DNA of 15,231 bases from Myxococcota bacterium (GTDB lineage Bacteria; Myxococcota_A; UBA796; CAJQPC01). The notes below the pieces were generated by a model that was given only the letters and a program-made list of their open reading frames with translations, had not been told where the DNA came from and searched no databases. A program made the translations under genes and the position numbers. This document shows, in pieces, positions 1 to 8,715 of this stretch. Location: positions 1 to 15,231 of the forward strand of contig DASCPX010000166.1 in assembly GCA_036012755.1 (NCBI GenBank). The letters run 5' to 3'. Positions within the stretch are counted from its first letter, which is position 1, and every line of letters begins with the position of its first letter.

Positions 1-506
<506 letters not shown>

Positions 507-513
507 CTCGGGG

Positions 514-520
514 CTCCTCT
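514..520 (-). promoter_or_regulatory. Shine-Dalgarno AGAGGAG for the lipoprotein gene
   Basis: 7 nt upstream of ATG 506. Confidence 0.75.
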
Positions 521-587
521 TTTCGTCGTTGGCGGTCGAAGCATGTATTGGACACGCGAGCTCCGCAAACCGGAAAGGCCAGGTCGC

Positions 588-1274
588 TCAGATCTCGAGC
601 ACCCACTTGCCGCGTCGCGTGGTCTCGCGCAGGCAACGCTCCAAGGTCGAGAGATACCGGCGTCGCGGGATCTCCCGGGCGCCGAACCTGGCGAGGTGGC
701 GGGTGTAGACCTGTGAGTCGATGAGCTCGAAGCCCCAGAGCTGCAGCTGCCGGACGAGGGCGACGAAGGCGATCTTGGAGGCGTTGTCCAGGCGCGCGAA
801 CATCGACTCGCCGAAGTAGACGGTCCCGAGCGACACACCGTAGAGGCCGCCGACGAGCTGGCCCTCGTGCCACGCCTCCGTCGAGTGAGCGAAGCCGAGC
901 CGGTGGAGCTCGAGGTACCCCTCATTCATGTCCCGCGTGATCCAGGTCCCCCGCTGGCCGGGGCGACGGGCCCGGGCGCAAGCGTCGATGACGCCCTCGA
1001 AGTCGCTGTCCATGCGGATCTCGAAGGGGCGCTTCTTCAGCACCTTCTTGAGGCTGCGCTGGATGCGAAGCTCGCTCGGGGCGAGCACGAAGCGCGGGTC
1101 CGGCGAGTGCCACAGGATGGGCTGGCCCTCCGAGTACCAGGGAAAGATCCCCGTCGCGTAGGCCAACAACAGCCGGTGCGGATGGAGGTCCCCGCCGACC
1201 GCCAACAGCCCGTCCTCCCGCGCCAGCTGCGGGTCCGGGAAGACATGCTCGGGAGGCAAGGAGAAGACCGGCAC
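588..1274 (-). CDS. aat: Leucyl/phenylalanyl-tRNA--protein transferase (N-end rule pathway)
   Basis: Motifs GLLAVGGDL, AYATGIFPW, WHSPDPR, GTWIT, AHSTEAW, LVGGLYGV, FGESMF, ASKIA, IDSQ, HLARFGA; 228 aa; GTG start. Confidence 0.97.
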   Translation of the reverse strand: MPVFSLPPEHVFPDPQLAREDGLLAVGGDLHPHRLLLAYATGIFPWYSEGQPILWHSPDPRFVLAPSELRIQRSLKKVLKKRPFEIRMDSDFEGVIDACARARRPGQRGTWITRDMNEGYLELHRLGFAHSTEAWHEGQLVGGLYGVSLGTVYFGESMFARLDNASKIAFVALVRQLQLWGFELIDSQVYTRHLARFGAREIPRRRYLSTLERCLRETTRRGKWVLEI

Positions 1275-1280
1275 CGACAG

Positions 1281-1286
1281 AGCCTA
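1281..1286 (-). promoter_or_regulatory. Putative -10 element TAGGCT of a leaderless aat transcript
   Basis: TANNNT hexamer 6 nt upstream of the GTG; no SD sequence. Confidence 0.5.
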
Positions 1287-1340
1287 CTGTCGCGCGCTGG
1301 AGTGGTGCATCCCGGCAAGTCGCGGGATACCCGCAGCCAC

Positions 1341-1991
1341 ATGGAATCCCTGCAGGATCTCTTCATCGGAATCGCCGGAATCATCGGCGCCGGCAAGAGC
1401 ACACTGGCGACCGCGCTGGGCAACCACCTGGGGCTGCCCGTCTACTACGAGCCCGTCGCGGACAACGAGTACCTCGCCGACTTCTACGCCGACACGAAGC
1501 GCTACGCCTTCGCGACCCAGATCTACCTCCTGAACCGCCGCTTCCAGCAGCACCAGGAGATCATCTGGCACGGCGGGGGCGGCGTGCAGGATCGGACGAT
1601 CTACGAGGACGCGGTCTTCGCCAAGATGCTCTGCCAGATGGAGCTGATGGAGGATCGGGACTACCGCACCTACCTCCAGCTCTTCCGCCACATGAGCAAC
1701 TTCATGTGCCGGCCCAACGTCATCGTCTACCTCGACGTGAAGCCGGAGCGCTCCTACGAGCGCGTGCAGATGCGGGCCCGCGACGTGGAGTCCGCGCTGT
1801 CGCTGGAGTACCTCAACGCGCTGTATGCGGAGTACGAGCGCTTCATCGGCGACATCAGCCGCACGGTCCCCGTCATCCGCGTGGACTGGGACGACTTCAA
1901 GTCCGCCGAAGAGATGGCCACCGTCATCGAGCGCGAGTACCTGACCCACAGCTTCCTCCGAAGCGTGACCTGGAACCCCCTGAAGAGCTGA
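1341..1991 (+). CDS. Deoxynucleoside kinase (dAK/dCK/dGK family)
   Basis: P-loop GIIGAGKST, YYEPV, QIYLLNRRFQQ, DRTIYED, lid RVQMRARDVE, EYLNALY. Start placed at ATG 1341 (216 aa); the longer ORF from 867 overlaps aat antisense. Confidence 0.93.
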   Translation: MESLQDLFIGIAGIIGAGKSTLATALGNHLGLPVYYEPVADNEYLADFYADTKRYAFATQIYLLNRRFQQHQEIIWHGGGGVQDRTIYEDAVFAKMLCQMELMEDRDYRTYLQLFRHMSNFMCRPNVIVYLDVKPERSYERVQMRARDVESALSLEYLNALYAEYERFIGDISRTVPVIRVDWDDFKSAEEMATVIEREYLTHSFLRSVTWNPLKS

Positions 1992-1992
1992 C

Positions 1993-3165
1993 TCACTCCG
2001 GGGGAGCGTCCTCGGTCCCGGGATCGGTCTCCGGATCGGGCTCCGGGGGAGGAGGCGGAGGGATCGGGACGAGGCTGAGGCCGTAGCCGTAGTGGTCGGA
2101 GAGGCTGACATCGCCCAGGCCTTCGATGGGCACGGTCCCGTCGTAGCGGAGAGAGCCGTCCTGGCTGGCCCAGCCGCGGACGAAGGCGTGATCCAGCAGG
2201 ACGTCGGGCGCATCACCGACGAGCGTGTTGCTCGCGCAGTAGGTGCACTGGTGGAGGTCCATGACCGGGTCGCTCCACCCCGCATCGAGCACCGCCTGGC
2301 AGCTGGCCGCGCTCTCCGCGTGCAGGCCGGCCTCCTTGTCCTCCAGGGAGCAGTTGAAGTCACCCATGAGCACGGTCGGGCCGCCGAAGGCCTCTGCGTG
2401 CTCGAGCAGGCGCTCGACCTGGGCGAGGTTCTCCGCGTTCCAGCTCTCGAACTCCCCCGGGTAGGGCGCGGTGCCGTCGAGGTCCGCCGTGAGGTGCATG
2501 CAGTAGACACGGGTCGTGGCCTCGCCGGTCTTCACGTCGGCGTAGAGCGCCCTGCGCCGGTTCAGGGTGGAGACGTCGGTGAAGTCCAGCACGCCGGCGT
2601 CCTCGAGGGGCACGCGGCTGGCGAGCACCAGCCCGTCGCTGCCGCCGTAGCTGAAGACGCCAGCCTTGCGGAATGGGCGGATCACCGTCCACAGGGCCGC
2701 AGGCGCGCTCTTGCCGACCTGGGCCATCAAGGCCTTGGCGCACTCTGGCTTGTCCGTCTTGAGCTGGGCGAGGATCGGCTCGCACTCCTCGATGATGCAG
2801 TCGGTCAGCGCGTCGCCCTCGAGCCCGCCGCAGGAACCCGTGAGGCAGGAGACGAACTTGTCCTCGCCGAAGAGGTCACCTCGCCGGCAAGCCGGAGCGG
2901 ACGAGGCCTTCAGCTGCTCGTTGTCGGTGAGGTGCAGCTGCGGGTGGCTCTCGGCCAGGGTCTCGACCGCCGAGTCGCGGTCCTCCTCGCTCCAGACCTC
3001 CTGCAGGCAGACCAGGTCGGCCTCGCTGCCCTCGATGGCGGTCCAGATCTCGGGGGCGCGAACCTCTGCGTGGTCGACGAAGCCGTGAGCGAGACCGACG
3101 TTCCAGGTCTCGACGTGGAGGACGACGTCGTCCTCGGCGAAGGCGAAGGACAGGAGCCAGAGCAT
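1993..3165 (-). CDS. Secreted endonuclease/exonuclease/phosphatase (EEP) family hydrolase with Cys-rich insertion and Pro/acidic tail
   Basis: EEP catalytic motifs TWNV, DLVCLQEVW, MHL, LMGDFN, LDHAF, SDHYG; signal-like N-terminus MLWLLSFAFA; ATG 3165 is 5 nt downstream of the Omp85 stop. Confidence 0.9.
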   Translation of the reverse strand: MLWLLSFAFAEDDVVLHVETWNVGLAHGFVDHAEVRAPEIWTAIEGSEADLVCLQEVWSEEDRDSAVETLAESHPQLHLTDNEQLKASSAPACRRGDLFGEDKFVSCLTGSCGGLEGDALTDCIIEECEPILAQLKTDKPECAKALMAQVGKSAPAALWTVIRPFRKAGVFSYGGSDGLVLASRVPLEDAGVLDFTDVSTLNRRRALYADVKTGEATTRVYCMHLTADLDGTAPYPGEFESWNAENLAQVERLLEHAEAFGGPTVLMGDFNCSLEDKEAGLHAESAASCQAVLDAGWSDPVMDLHQCTYCASNTLVGDAPDVLLDHAFVRGWASQDGSLRYDGTVPIEGLGDVSLSDHYGYGLSLVPIPPPPPPEPDPETDPGTEDAPPE

Positions 3166-3170
3166 GGGAC

Positions 3171-4415
3171 CTACCAGAGGTTGCGGATGTCGATGTAGAC
3201 CTGCGAGGCGTGGTCCTCGAGCGGTGAGAAGCCGACGTCCGCGCGGATGATGAAGTTCTTGTTGAAGCCGAGCCTCAGGCCCCCGCCGTAGCCGACGACG
3301 AAGGCGCCGTCGGAGATGGTGGAGAGGTCCTCTGCCCACCAACCGATGTCCGTGAAGCCGACCGGGGTGACGTCGACCTCGACACCCCTGGCGGCGAAGT
3401 TGGCGACGGTCCAGCGGGCCTCGAGCTGGTCGAGGAAGCGGGCCTTTCCGAGCACGCCGTTGCTGCGCACACCGCGGCCCGCGCGCTGCCCCCCGTACAT
3501 CGCGTAGATCTGCGACCCACCCGGTCGCCCGAGGCCGGTCACGGGCACGTCCCCGATGACCCCGTCATGCACCGCGCGGGTGGTCAACACCAGCCTGTGG
3601 ACCGGGTTGATGTAGCCCCGCAGGGTGAGGTTGTAGCCGAAGTAGTCCCAGTCGCTGCCTATGTACTTGCTGCCGCCGCGCACCGAACCTTCGATCCAGT
3701 ACCCGCTGGTGGGGCTGGGCTCGTTGTCCCGGTTGTCGAGGGTTGCGCCGAGCTGCACGGTGCTGAACATGCCCTCCTCGCCGCCCGGGAAGAGCTCGTC
3801 GTAGCGGCTGCCCGCGTAGGGTCCGCTCTCGTCGAAGTCGCCGGGGATGAGGTACTCGCCGTACCAACCCGCCAGGACCTCCGCCTTGTGGGGCAGGTCG
3901 GTGAGCCGGTACTTGAGGTTCAAGGTGCCGTTGGGGACGATGCGCCGGATCTTGTGGTAGCGACGGATGAAGTCGTCGCGCTCCTGTCCCTCGTCGAGGT
4001 TCAGCGCGTCCGCGGCCGCGACGGCGTTGGTCTCGTCGCAGAAGCTCTTGGGGTCGACGTCGCAGAAGTTCGCCGAGCGCGTCGCGTAGAACTCCACCCG
4101 GCCGTCGGCCCGCAACGGCAGCCCCGCGACGTCCTGCACGTCGAAGTCCACACGGTGCACGTGCACCTTCTTCGTCGTCATGTACAGGAGGATCGTGGCG
4201 GACCACTTGTAGGGCGCGGTCTGACCGTCGTAGCGGTAGATCGAGGCCAGCGCCCCGTAGCCGAAGCCGTCGTCGGAGTTGTAGGCCAGGGCCGGGAGTC
4301 CGCCGAAGCCGAAGCCGGTCTCGTCCCAGGGGTTGACGACCTCGACCTCCTCCTCGACCGAGACCTCGTCCTGGGCGAAGGAGGGGGTGGACCACAGCGC
4401 GGCGAACAGGAGCAT
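3171..4415 (-). CDS. Omp85 (BamA/TamA-like) outer-membrane beta-barrel without POTRA domains
   Basis: Signal peptide, then GGLPALAYNSDDGFGYG (barrel start), LDNRDNEPSPTSG, GFTDIG, GYGGGLR, IIRADVGF and aromatic C-terminus YIDIRNLW; upstream GAGGT RBS and TAAGAT hexamer. Confidence 0.88.
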   Translation of the reverse strand: MLLFAALWSTPSFAQDEVSVEEEVEVVNPWDETGFGFGGLPALAYNSDDGFGYGALASIYRYDGQTAPYKWSATILLYMTTKKVHVHRVDFDVQDVAGLPLRADGRVEFYATRSANFCDVDPKSFCDETNAVAAADALNLDEGQERDDFIRRYHKIRRIVPNGTLNLKYRLTDLPHKAEVLAGWYGEYLIPGDFDESGPYAGSRYDELFPGGEEGMFSTVQLGATLDNRDNEPSPTSGYWIEGSVRGGSKYIGSDWDYFGYNLTLRGYINPVHRLVLTTRAVHDGVIGDVPVTGLGRPGGSQIYAMYGGQRAGRGVRSNGVLGKARFLDQLEARWTVANFAARGVEVDVTPVGFTDIGWWAEDLSTISDGAFVVGYGGGLRLGFNKNFIIRADVGFSPLEDHASQVYIDIRNLW

Positions 4416-4454
4416 CGGGACCTCGCGGAGCGCATCTTAGGGCTATGGGTGGGA

Positions 4455-5336
4455 ATGTCCGACGTCGCCGCGGGTGTCCGCCGCCTCCTGACCCTGCCTC
4501 GACAGCTGCAGCCAGAGGCCCTCGAGCGCCTGCTCGAGTCGTTGGGGCCCGCGCCGAGAGAGCGATGGAACACGGCCTTCGGGCCCGACTCGCTCTTCGA
4601 CACCTGGACCCGCACGACCCTCACCCGGGGGCTCTACGCGGCGAACGCGCTCGCCCTTCGTCCGCGGCTGCAACCGGGCTGGCGCGCGCTGGAGATCGGC
4701 GGCGGAGATGGGCGCTTGTGGGCCTCGCTGTTGACGCCGAAAGACAGGGGATGGCTGGCGATCTGCGATCCGGCCGCCGAGGTCCAGGAGCAGATCGCTC
4801 GGCGGCTCCCCGGCGGAGTGGAGCAGGTTTCGCTCCGCGGTCGAGTGGAGGAGGTGGAGCTCCCCGGCAGGCTCGACGTCGTGGTCTGCTCCCTGACGCT
4901 TCACCACGTCGCGGGGCGGGACACCGCAGAGAGGGCCTCTGTGGGCATGAGCGGCCCTGGCAAGCGCGAGGTGCTCGAGCGCATCCGCTCGGCGCTGAAG
5001 CCCGACGGCCTCCTCGTCCTCAACGAGGCCGACGTCTTCTGCGAGGTCGAGCTGCCACCCGGCGACGAGCTGCTCGTCGACAACATGCTCGACAGCTACG
5101 TCCGCCGCTGTGCTCGCGCGCTGCTCGACGAGCCCGACGACGAGCGCATCGACGCGATCGTGCACCTCTGGTGCCTGGAGCAGGTCCGCCTGGCACACGC
5201 GCCCATCGAGAGCCGGGACGTCTACGAGCTGGATGTCACGCGGTGGGTCGAGGTGTTGGAGTCGGCCGGCTTCCAGGTGCGACGGCGCTGCACGGACCCC
5301 TACGGCCTCTTCTGGCAGTACCTCTGCAGCTGCTAG
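4455..5336 (+). CDS. Class I SAM-dependent methyltransferase
   Basis: Motif I ALEIGGGDG, then ICDP, DVVVCSLTLHHV, LKPDGLLVLNEAD. Start placed at ATG 4455 because the upstream extension overlaps the Omp85 gene antisense. Confidence 0.88.
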   Translation: MSDVAAGVRRLLTLPRQLQPEALERLLESLGPAPRERWNTAFGPDSLFDTWTRTTLTRGLYAANALALRPRLQPGWRALEIGGGDGRLWASLLTPKDRGWLAICDPAAEVQEQIARRLPGGVEQVSLRGRVEEVELPGRLDVVVCSLTLHHVAGRDTAERASVGMSGPGKREVLERIRSALKPDGLLVLNEADVFCEVELPPGDELLVDNMLDSYVRRCARALLDEPDDERIDAIVHLWCLEQVRLAHAPIESRDVYELDVTRWVEVLESAGFQVRRRCTDPYGLFWQYLCSC

Positions 5337-6136
5337 GGCCGACGTAGCTCCTGAGACCATGCCTCCCAGCGCGCCTCCACCTTCGGGTCGTCGACCCCAG
5401 CTTCGAGACGCCTGACCAGCTCGCGCAGGGTGAAGCGGTCCTCTGCGCGCTTGTCCATGGGGAGACCGCCCGCCTTGCGGTAGCCGGCCATGAAGGCGCC
5501 GCGCGCAGGCGGGATCTGGTGAAAGACGCTGATCGACATCTCGACGACGTCCGCCTCTCGAGGACCCCAGCGGCAGAGGACCCAGTCGACCACCCCGTTG
5601 ACCCGGTAGCCACCGCGCCGTCGATCCCGCACGACCTGTACGTTCGCCAGGTGGTAGTCGAGGTGAAGGAGCCGGGCCCTGTCGGGCTCGAAGTCGGCGA
5701 TGGGGAGGTCGGGGACCGCCCCGGGGTCCGCTGGACGCTTGGCCGCGTGGATGCCCGCGAGTGCAAAACCCATGGCGAAGCAGACATCCAGGAGGCCCTG
5801 CTCACCGAGGCGACCCCGGTCCCAGAGGGTCTGGGCGGACTCTCCGCGGAGGTGGGGCTGCAGGACCGCCGGCGGGTCGGTGCTGATGAGCTCGGATGGC
5901 TGAGGCACGGCGACCCGCGCGAGACGGATCGCGTCGATCTCCGCGAGGAGTCCAGCGTGGTGACGCCTGGCAGTGTCCCAGCTGTCTCCGAAGGGGGAGT
6001 CGACGCGGGCGATCTTCAGCACGTGGGGCTCGCCGTCGACGTTCACCCGAAACAGGTGGTGCTGGGTGCCGTCTTCGAAGCCGCGAAGGTCGGAGTAGTC
6101 CCGCCCGGCCATGAGCTCGTGGGCGACGCCGATCAC
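5333..6136 (-). CDS. Aminoglycoside phosphotransferase / choline-kinase-like family protein
   Basis: VLKI, catalytic LLHLDYHLANV, VVDW, GPREADV. GTG 6136 overlaps the upstream TGA (GTGA); alternative start is ATG 6112. Confidence 0.82.
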   Translation of the reverse strand: MIGVAHELMAGRDYSDLRGFEDGTQHHLFRVNVDGEPHVLKIARVDSPFGDSWDTARRHHAGLLAEIDAIRLARVAVPQPSELISTDPPAVLQPHLRGESAQTLWDRGRLGEQGLLDVCFAMGFALAGIHAAKRPADPGAVPDLPIADFEPDRARLLHLDYHLANVQVVRDRRRGGYRVNGVVDWVLCRWGPREADVVEMSISVFHQIPPARGAFMAGYRKAGGLPMDKRAEDRFTLRELVRRLEAGVDDPKVEARWEAWSQELRRP

Positions 6137-6996
6137 TCCCGGGTCTCGAAGTGGATCTCCAGCGTCTGCCGCTCCCCACCCCAGCTGACCCCGAGCTCGG
6201 CCTCGTAGGCGGTTCCCGGTTCCAGCGGCTCGGTGGGGACCAGGGCGACCATGTCGTAGAGCGACTCGTCGTTGGTGGGGTCGAGCTCGATGACATCGAT
6301 CGCACCGCCGGGTCCGCGGATCTGGCCGCTGTCGAGCCGCAGGCCTGACTCCGCATCGGTGGAGGAGACGCTGACGGTGACCGGGTAGCCCACGACCCCG
6401 TGCCCTGGAGCCGGGTCCGGGGACTCCGTGTCCGAGTCGAAGGAGGTAGGCACGTCGACCTGTCCGTTCACGGGGTAGGCGACGGCGACGGCGCGCTGTT
6501 GCGGGTAGGGCATCACGAAGGCCATCGAGGAGTAGGCCCCCGCGCTGCCGAAGCCGGCGGCGACCCACTCCGGGGCCGTGAAGGGAGAGCGGTGGTAGAC
6601 GCTGTCTACCCAGAGATCGACCGCGGCTGCGGGCTCGGGGCCCTCTGCGACCACCTCGCTGATCAGGAGGCCGACCTGGTCGTCCCAGCCGGCTGCCGCG
6701 ATCCGGTCCCAGACCTGCTCTCCGGTGAACCCCTCGACCTCGGGGTCCTCTGCGTGGGCGAGCACGCCCTCGCCATCCATGTACTCGGCGTGGGCCTGGC
6801 TGGCGGCGTCGAGGCGCTCCTCCAGCACCCCGGGCTCCAGACCCAGCAGCGAGCGGTAGCAGTTGGCGCGGTCGAGGGCCTCGAGCGCGGCGTCACTGGG
6901 GTCTTCGTAGCCAGGATCGGAGAGCTCGCAGGCATCCTCCAGGCTCACGTCCGTCCAGTCCGCGGGGCCGAAGCAGGCGAGTAGTGACAACAGCAC
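6133..6996 (-). CDS. CAP (SCP/PR-1) domain lipoprotein with C-terminal beta-rich, Ig-like domain
   Basis: Lipobox LLAC; CAP motifs NCYRSLLGL, LDAASQAHAEYM, AHAE, EVVA, AVDLWVDSVYHR, GFG; C-terminal GYPVTV...LVPTEPLEPGTAY. Confidence 0.88.
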   Translation of the reverse strand: MLLSLLACFGPADWTDVSLEDACELSDPGYEDPSDAALEALDRANCYRSLLGLEPGVLEERLDAASQAHAEYMDGEGVLAHAEDPEVEGFTGEQVWDRIAAAGWDDQVGLLISEVVAEGPEPAAAVDLWVDSVYHRSPFTAPEWVAAGFGSAGAYSSMAFVMPYPQQRAVAVAYPVNGQVDVPTSFDSDTESPDPAPGHGVVGYPVTVSVSSTDAESGLRLDSGQIRGPGGAIDVIELDPTNDESLYDMVALVPTEPLEPGTAYEAELGVSWGGERQTLEIHFETRE

Positions 6997-7003
6997 ATCG
7001 GGG

Positions 7004-7009
7004 AGCGTA
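7004..7009 (-). promoter_or_regulatory. Putative -10 element TACGCT of a leaderless CAP-lipoprotein transcript
   Basis: TANNNT hexamer 7 nt upstream of GTG 6996; no SD sequence. Confidence 0.5.
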
Positions 7010-7034
7010 CGGCATGGTGTGCCATCCTCGCCGC

Positions 7035-7880
7035 ATGTGGTGGTTGGGTCTGGCGTGCACCGGCGGAGAGGAGACCGCCCTCCGAGGACCCGCCCCCGCC
7101 GACGAGCCGACGCTGTTCGCGGTCGGGGAGGGCTGGAGAGGCGATGTCATGGGCGCGAACCCCTTCCTCGGGAGCCTCCACGAAGGGGCGTGGACCGCGA
7201 GCGTGCGCGACCTCTCGTCACCGACCGCCGCGACCGAGCACAGCCAGGCCTTCAGCATGCGGACGGGGCTCGGAGCCATCTCGAACCTTCGCGGAAATCA
7301 CACCCTCGATGTCGGCGACCTGCGCAAGGCCACCGGCGCTCCCGGGGAGACCCTCCTCGACCTCGTCGGCGACCCGAGCGAGGAGCAGGACCCGACGCTG
7401 GTCTGGTCCACCGACCTCGCCGTCGAGCACCTCGTGGGCACTGTCGCTCCGAACGACGTCGTCCAGCCGAAGAGCCGAGGACCACTCCTCGAGAAGGCCT
7501 ACACCCTCGAGACCCAGTCGGTGGAGTGCGACGGGGAGCGGAGGCGCTTCGAGGCCACGATCGGTGAGCCGGTGGCGGGCGCGGAGGTGGCCGGACACGT
7601 GATCGTGCAGTGGCCGGTGACGCTGACGCGACAAGGACAGCGGCCGATCCCCGGGAGCGCACTGTTCTTGGAGTCCGGGGGCCCGATCCGCTCCTCGGCC
7701 ACCGCGCCCTACCTGAAGCTGTGCGGCAACGACAGGCCGATCAGCGTCGACCCGGAGCTCTACTTCCGCGTCGAGGACGGCCCCCCGATGCTGCTCGCGA
7801 GCGTGCAGTGCTCCTGCAGCGACCGGCGCTTCGCGATCGTCGACCTCGACCTGGGCGAGGCCGTCATCTGGAGCTGGTGA
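7035..7880 (+). CDS. Hypothetical lipoprotein
   Basis: MWWLGLAC lipobox-like start; typical GC3-biased codons; fills the gap between the neighbouring genes. Alternative start is ATG 7014. No family recognised. Confidence 0.7.
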   Translation: MWWLGLACTGGEETALRGPAPADEPTLFAVGEGWRGDVMGANPFLGSLHEGAWTASVRDLSSPTAATEHSQAFSMRTGLGAISNLRGNHTLDVGDLRKATGAPGETLLDLVGDPSEEQDPTLVWSTDLAVEHLVGTVAPNDVVQPKSRGPLLEKAYTLETQSVECDGERRRFEATIGEPVAGAEVAGHVIVQWPVTLTRQGQRPIPGSALFLESGGPIRSSATAPYLKLCGNDRPISVDPELYFRVEDGPPMLLASVQCSCSDRRFAIVDLDLGEAVIWSW

Positions 7881-8708
7881 TCAGCTCAGCGGGAGGAAGA
7901 GCCCGGGCGTCCTCGGCGGGATCGGGGCGAGGTCCCCGAGGCTGCGCGCCAGCGCACGTCCGAAGCGCTCCATGGTCGCGGTCCTGTGATCCCGGTCGCT
8001 GGCGGTCGCGCGAACGACGGCCATCGCCAGGCTCTGGGGGACCCGGTGGCTGAAGACCCGGAGCACCTCGTCGAGGTCCCGCGGGTCCAGGTTCGCGACG
8101 AGGACAGCGAGCGTCACGGCGAGGCTGTAGACGTCGGCGCGTTCGTCCACGCGCTTGGCGTCGCTGATCTGCTCCGGGGCCATGTAGCCGGCGCTCCCCA
8201 TCGTCAGCCCGGTGCGCGTCATGCCCATCCCGTCCTTGAAGCGGGCGATGCCGAAGTCCACGATTCGACAACGCCCCTGGGCATCGACCAGCAGGTTCTC
8301 GGGCTTCAGATCCCGGTGGACGATGCCCTCGGAGTGGGCGGCGGAGAGCGCGTCGGCCACCGGTAGCAGTGCCTCGACGGCAAGCCTGGGCGGCATCGGA
8401 CCGTACTCGTGGGTCCAGTGGAGCAGGTTCCTCCCACCCACGAGCTCCATCTCGATCCAGAAGAGACCGGCGTCCTCGCCGAAGTCGAGGACCTTGACGA
8501 TGTGAGGGTGATCGAGGCGCTGCATGAGCTCGGCCTCGGTGCGGAACCGGGCCCGCACAGACGCGTTCTTCGCGAGGCGAGGCGCCAGGAGCTTCACCGC
8601 GCGCGAGGCCCCCGTGTGGAGGTCACGCGCGCGGACGACGGTGGCCATCCCGCCCTCGCCGAGGGTCTCGGCCAACTCCAGGCGACCTTCGGCGATGACG
8701 CGGCTCAC
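7881..8708 (-). CDS. Hanks-type Ser/Thr protein kinase, catalytic domain only
   Basis: LGEGGMATV, AVK, HPHIV, HRDLKPEN, DFG, GSAGYMAPEQ, DVYSL; 275 aa; no transmembrane or sensor domain. Confidence 0.95.
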   Translation of the reverse strand: MSRVIAEGRLELAETLGEGGMATVVRARDLHTGASRAVKLLAPRLAKNASVRARFRTEAELMQRLDHPHIVKVLDFGEDAGLFWIEMELVGGRNLLHWTHEYGPMPPRLAVEALLPVADALSAAHSEGIVHRDLKPENLLVDAQGRCRIVDFGIARFKDGMGMTRTGLTMGSAGYMAPEQISDAKRVDERADVYSLAVTLAVLVANLDPRDLDEVLRVFSHRVPQSLAMAVVRATASDRDHRTATMERFGRALARSLGDLAPIPPRTPGLFLPLS

Positions 8709-8715
8709 ACCGGGG

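Noticed and set aside
537..546. 10-mer CGAAGCATGT also present on the minus strand at about 15029-15038
   Set aside because: Only two copies, in opposite orientation relative to their downstream genes; consistent with chance.
1275..1334. Short inverted repeats CGACAG/CTGTCG and GCGGG/CCCGC in the aat-dNK divergent spacer
   Set aside because: Stems of 5-6 bp are common by chance at this GC content, and no regulator is nearby.
1341..3165. EEP nuclease plus dNK as an extracellular-DNA salvage operon
   Set aside because: The genes are convergent, not co-transcribed, and the EEP substrate is unknown.
3567..4454. N-terminal extensions in the ORF track: methyltransferase from 3567, dNK from 867, EEP from 3342, APH-like from 6568
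   Set aside because: They overlap real neighbouring genes and have non-protein-like composition, so they are not fusions.
5333..6136. Aminoglycoside resistance gene
   Set aside because: Only the generic APH/choline-kinase motifs are present and there is no mobile-element context.
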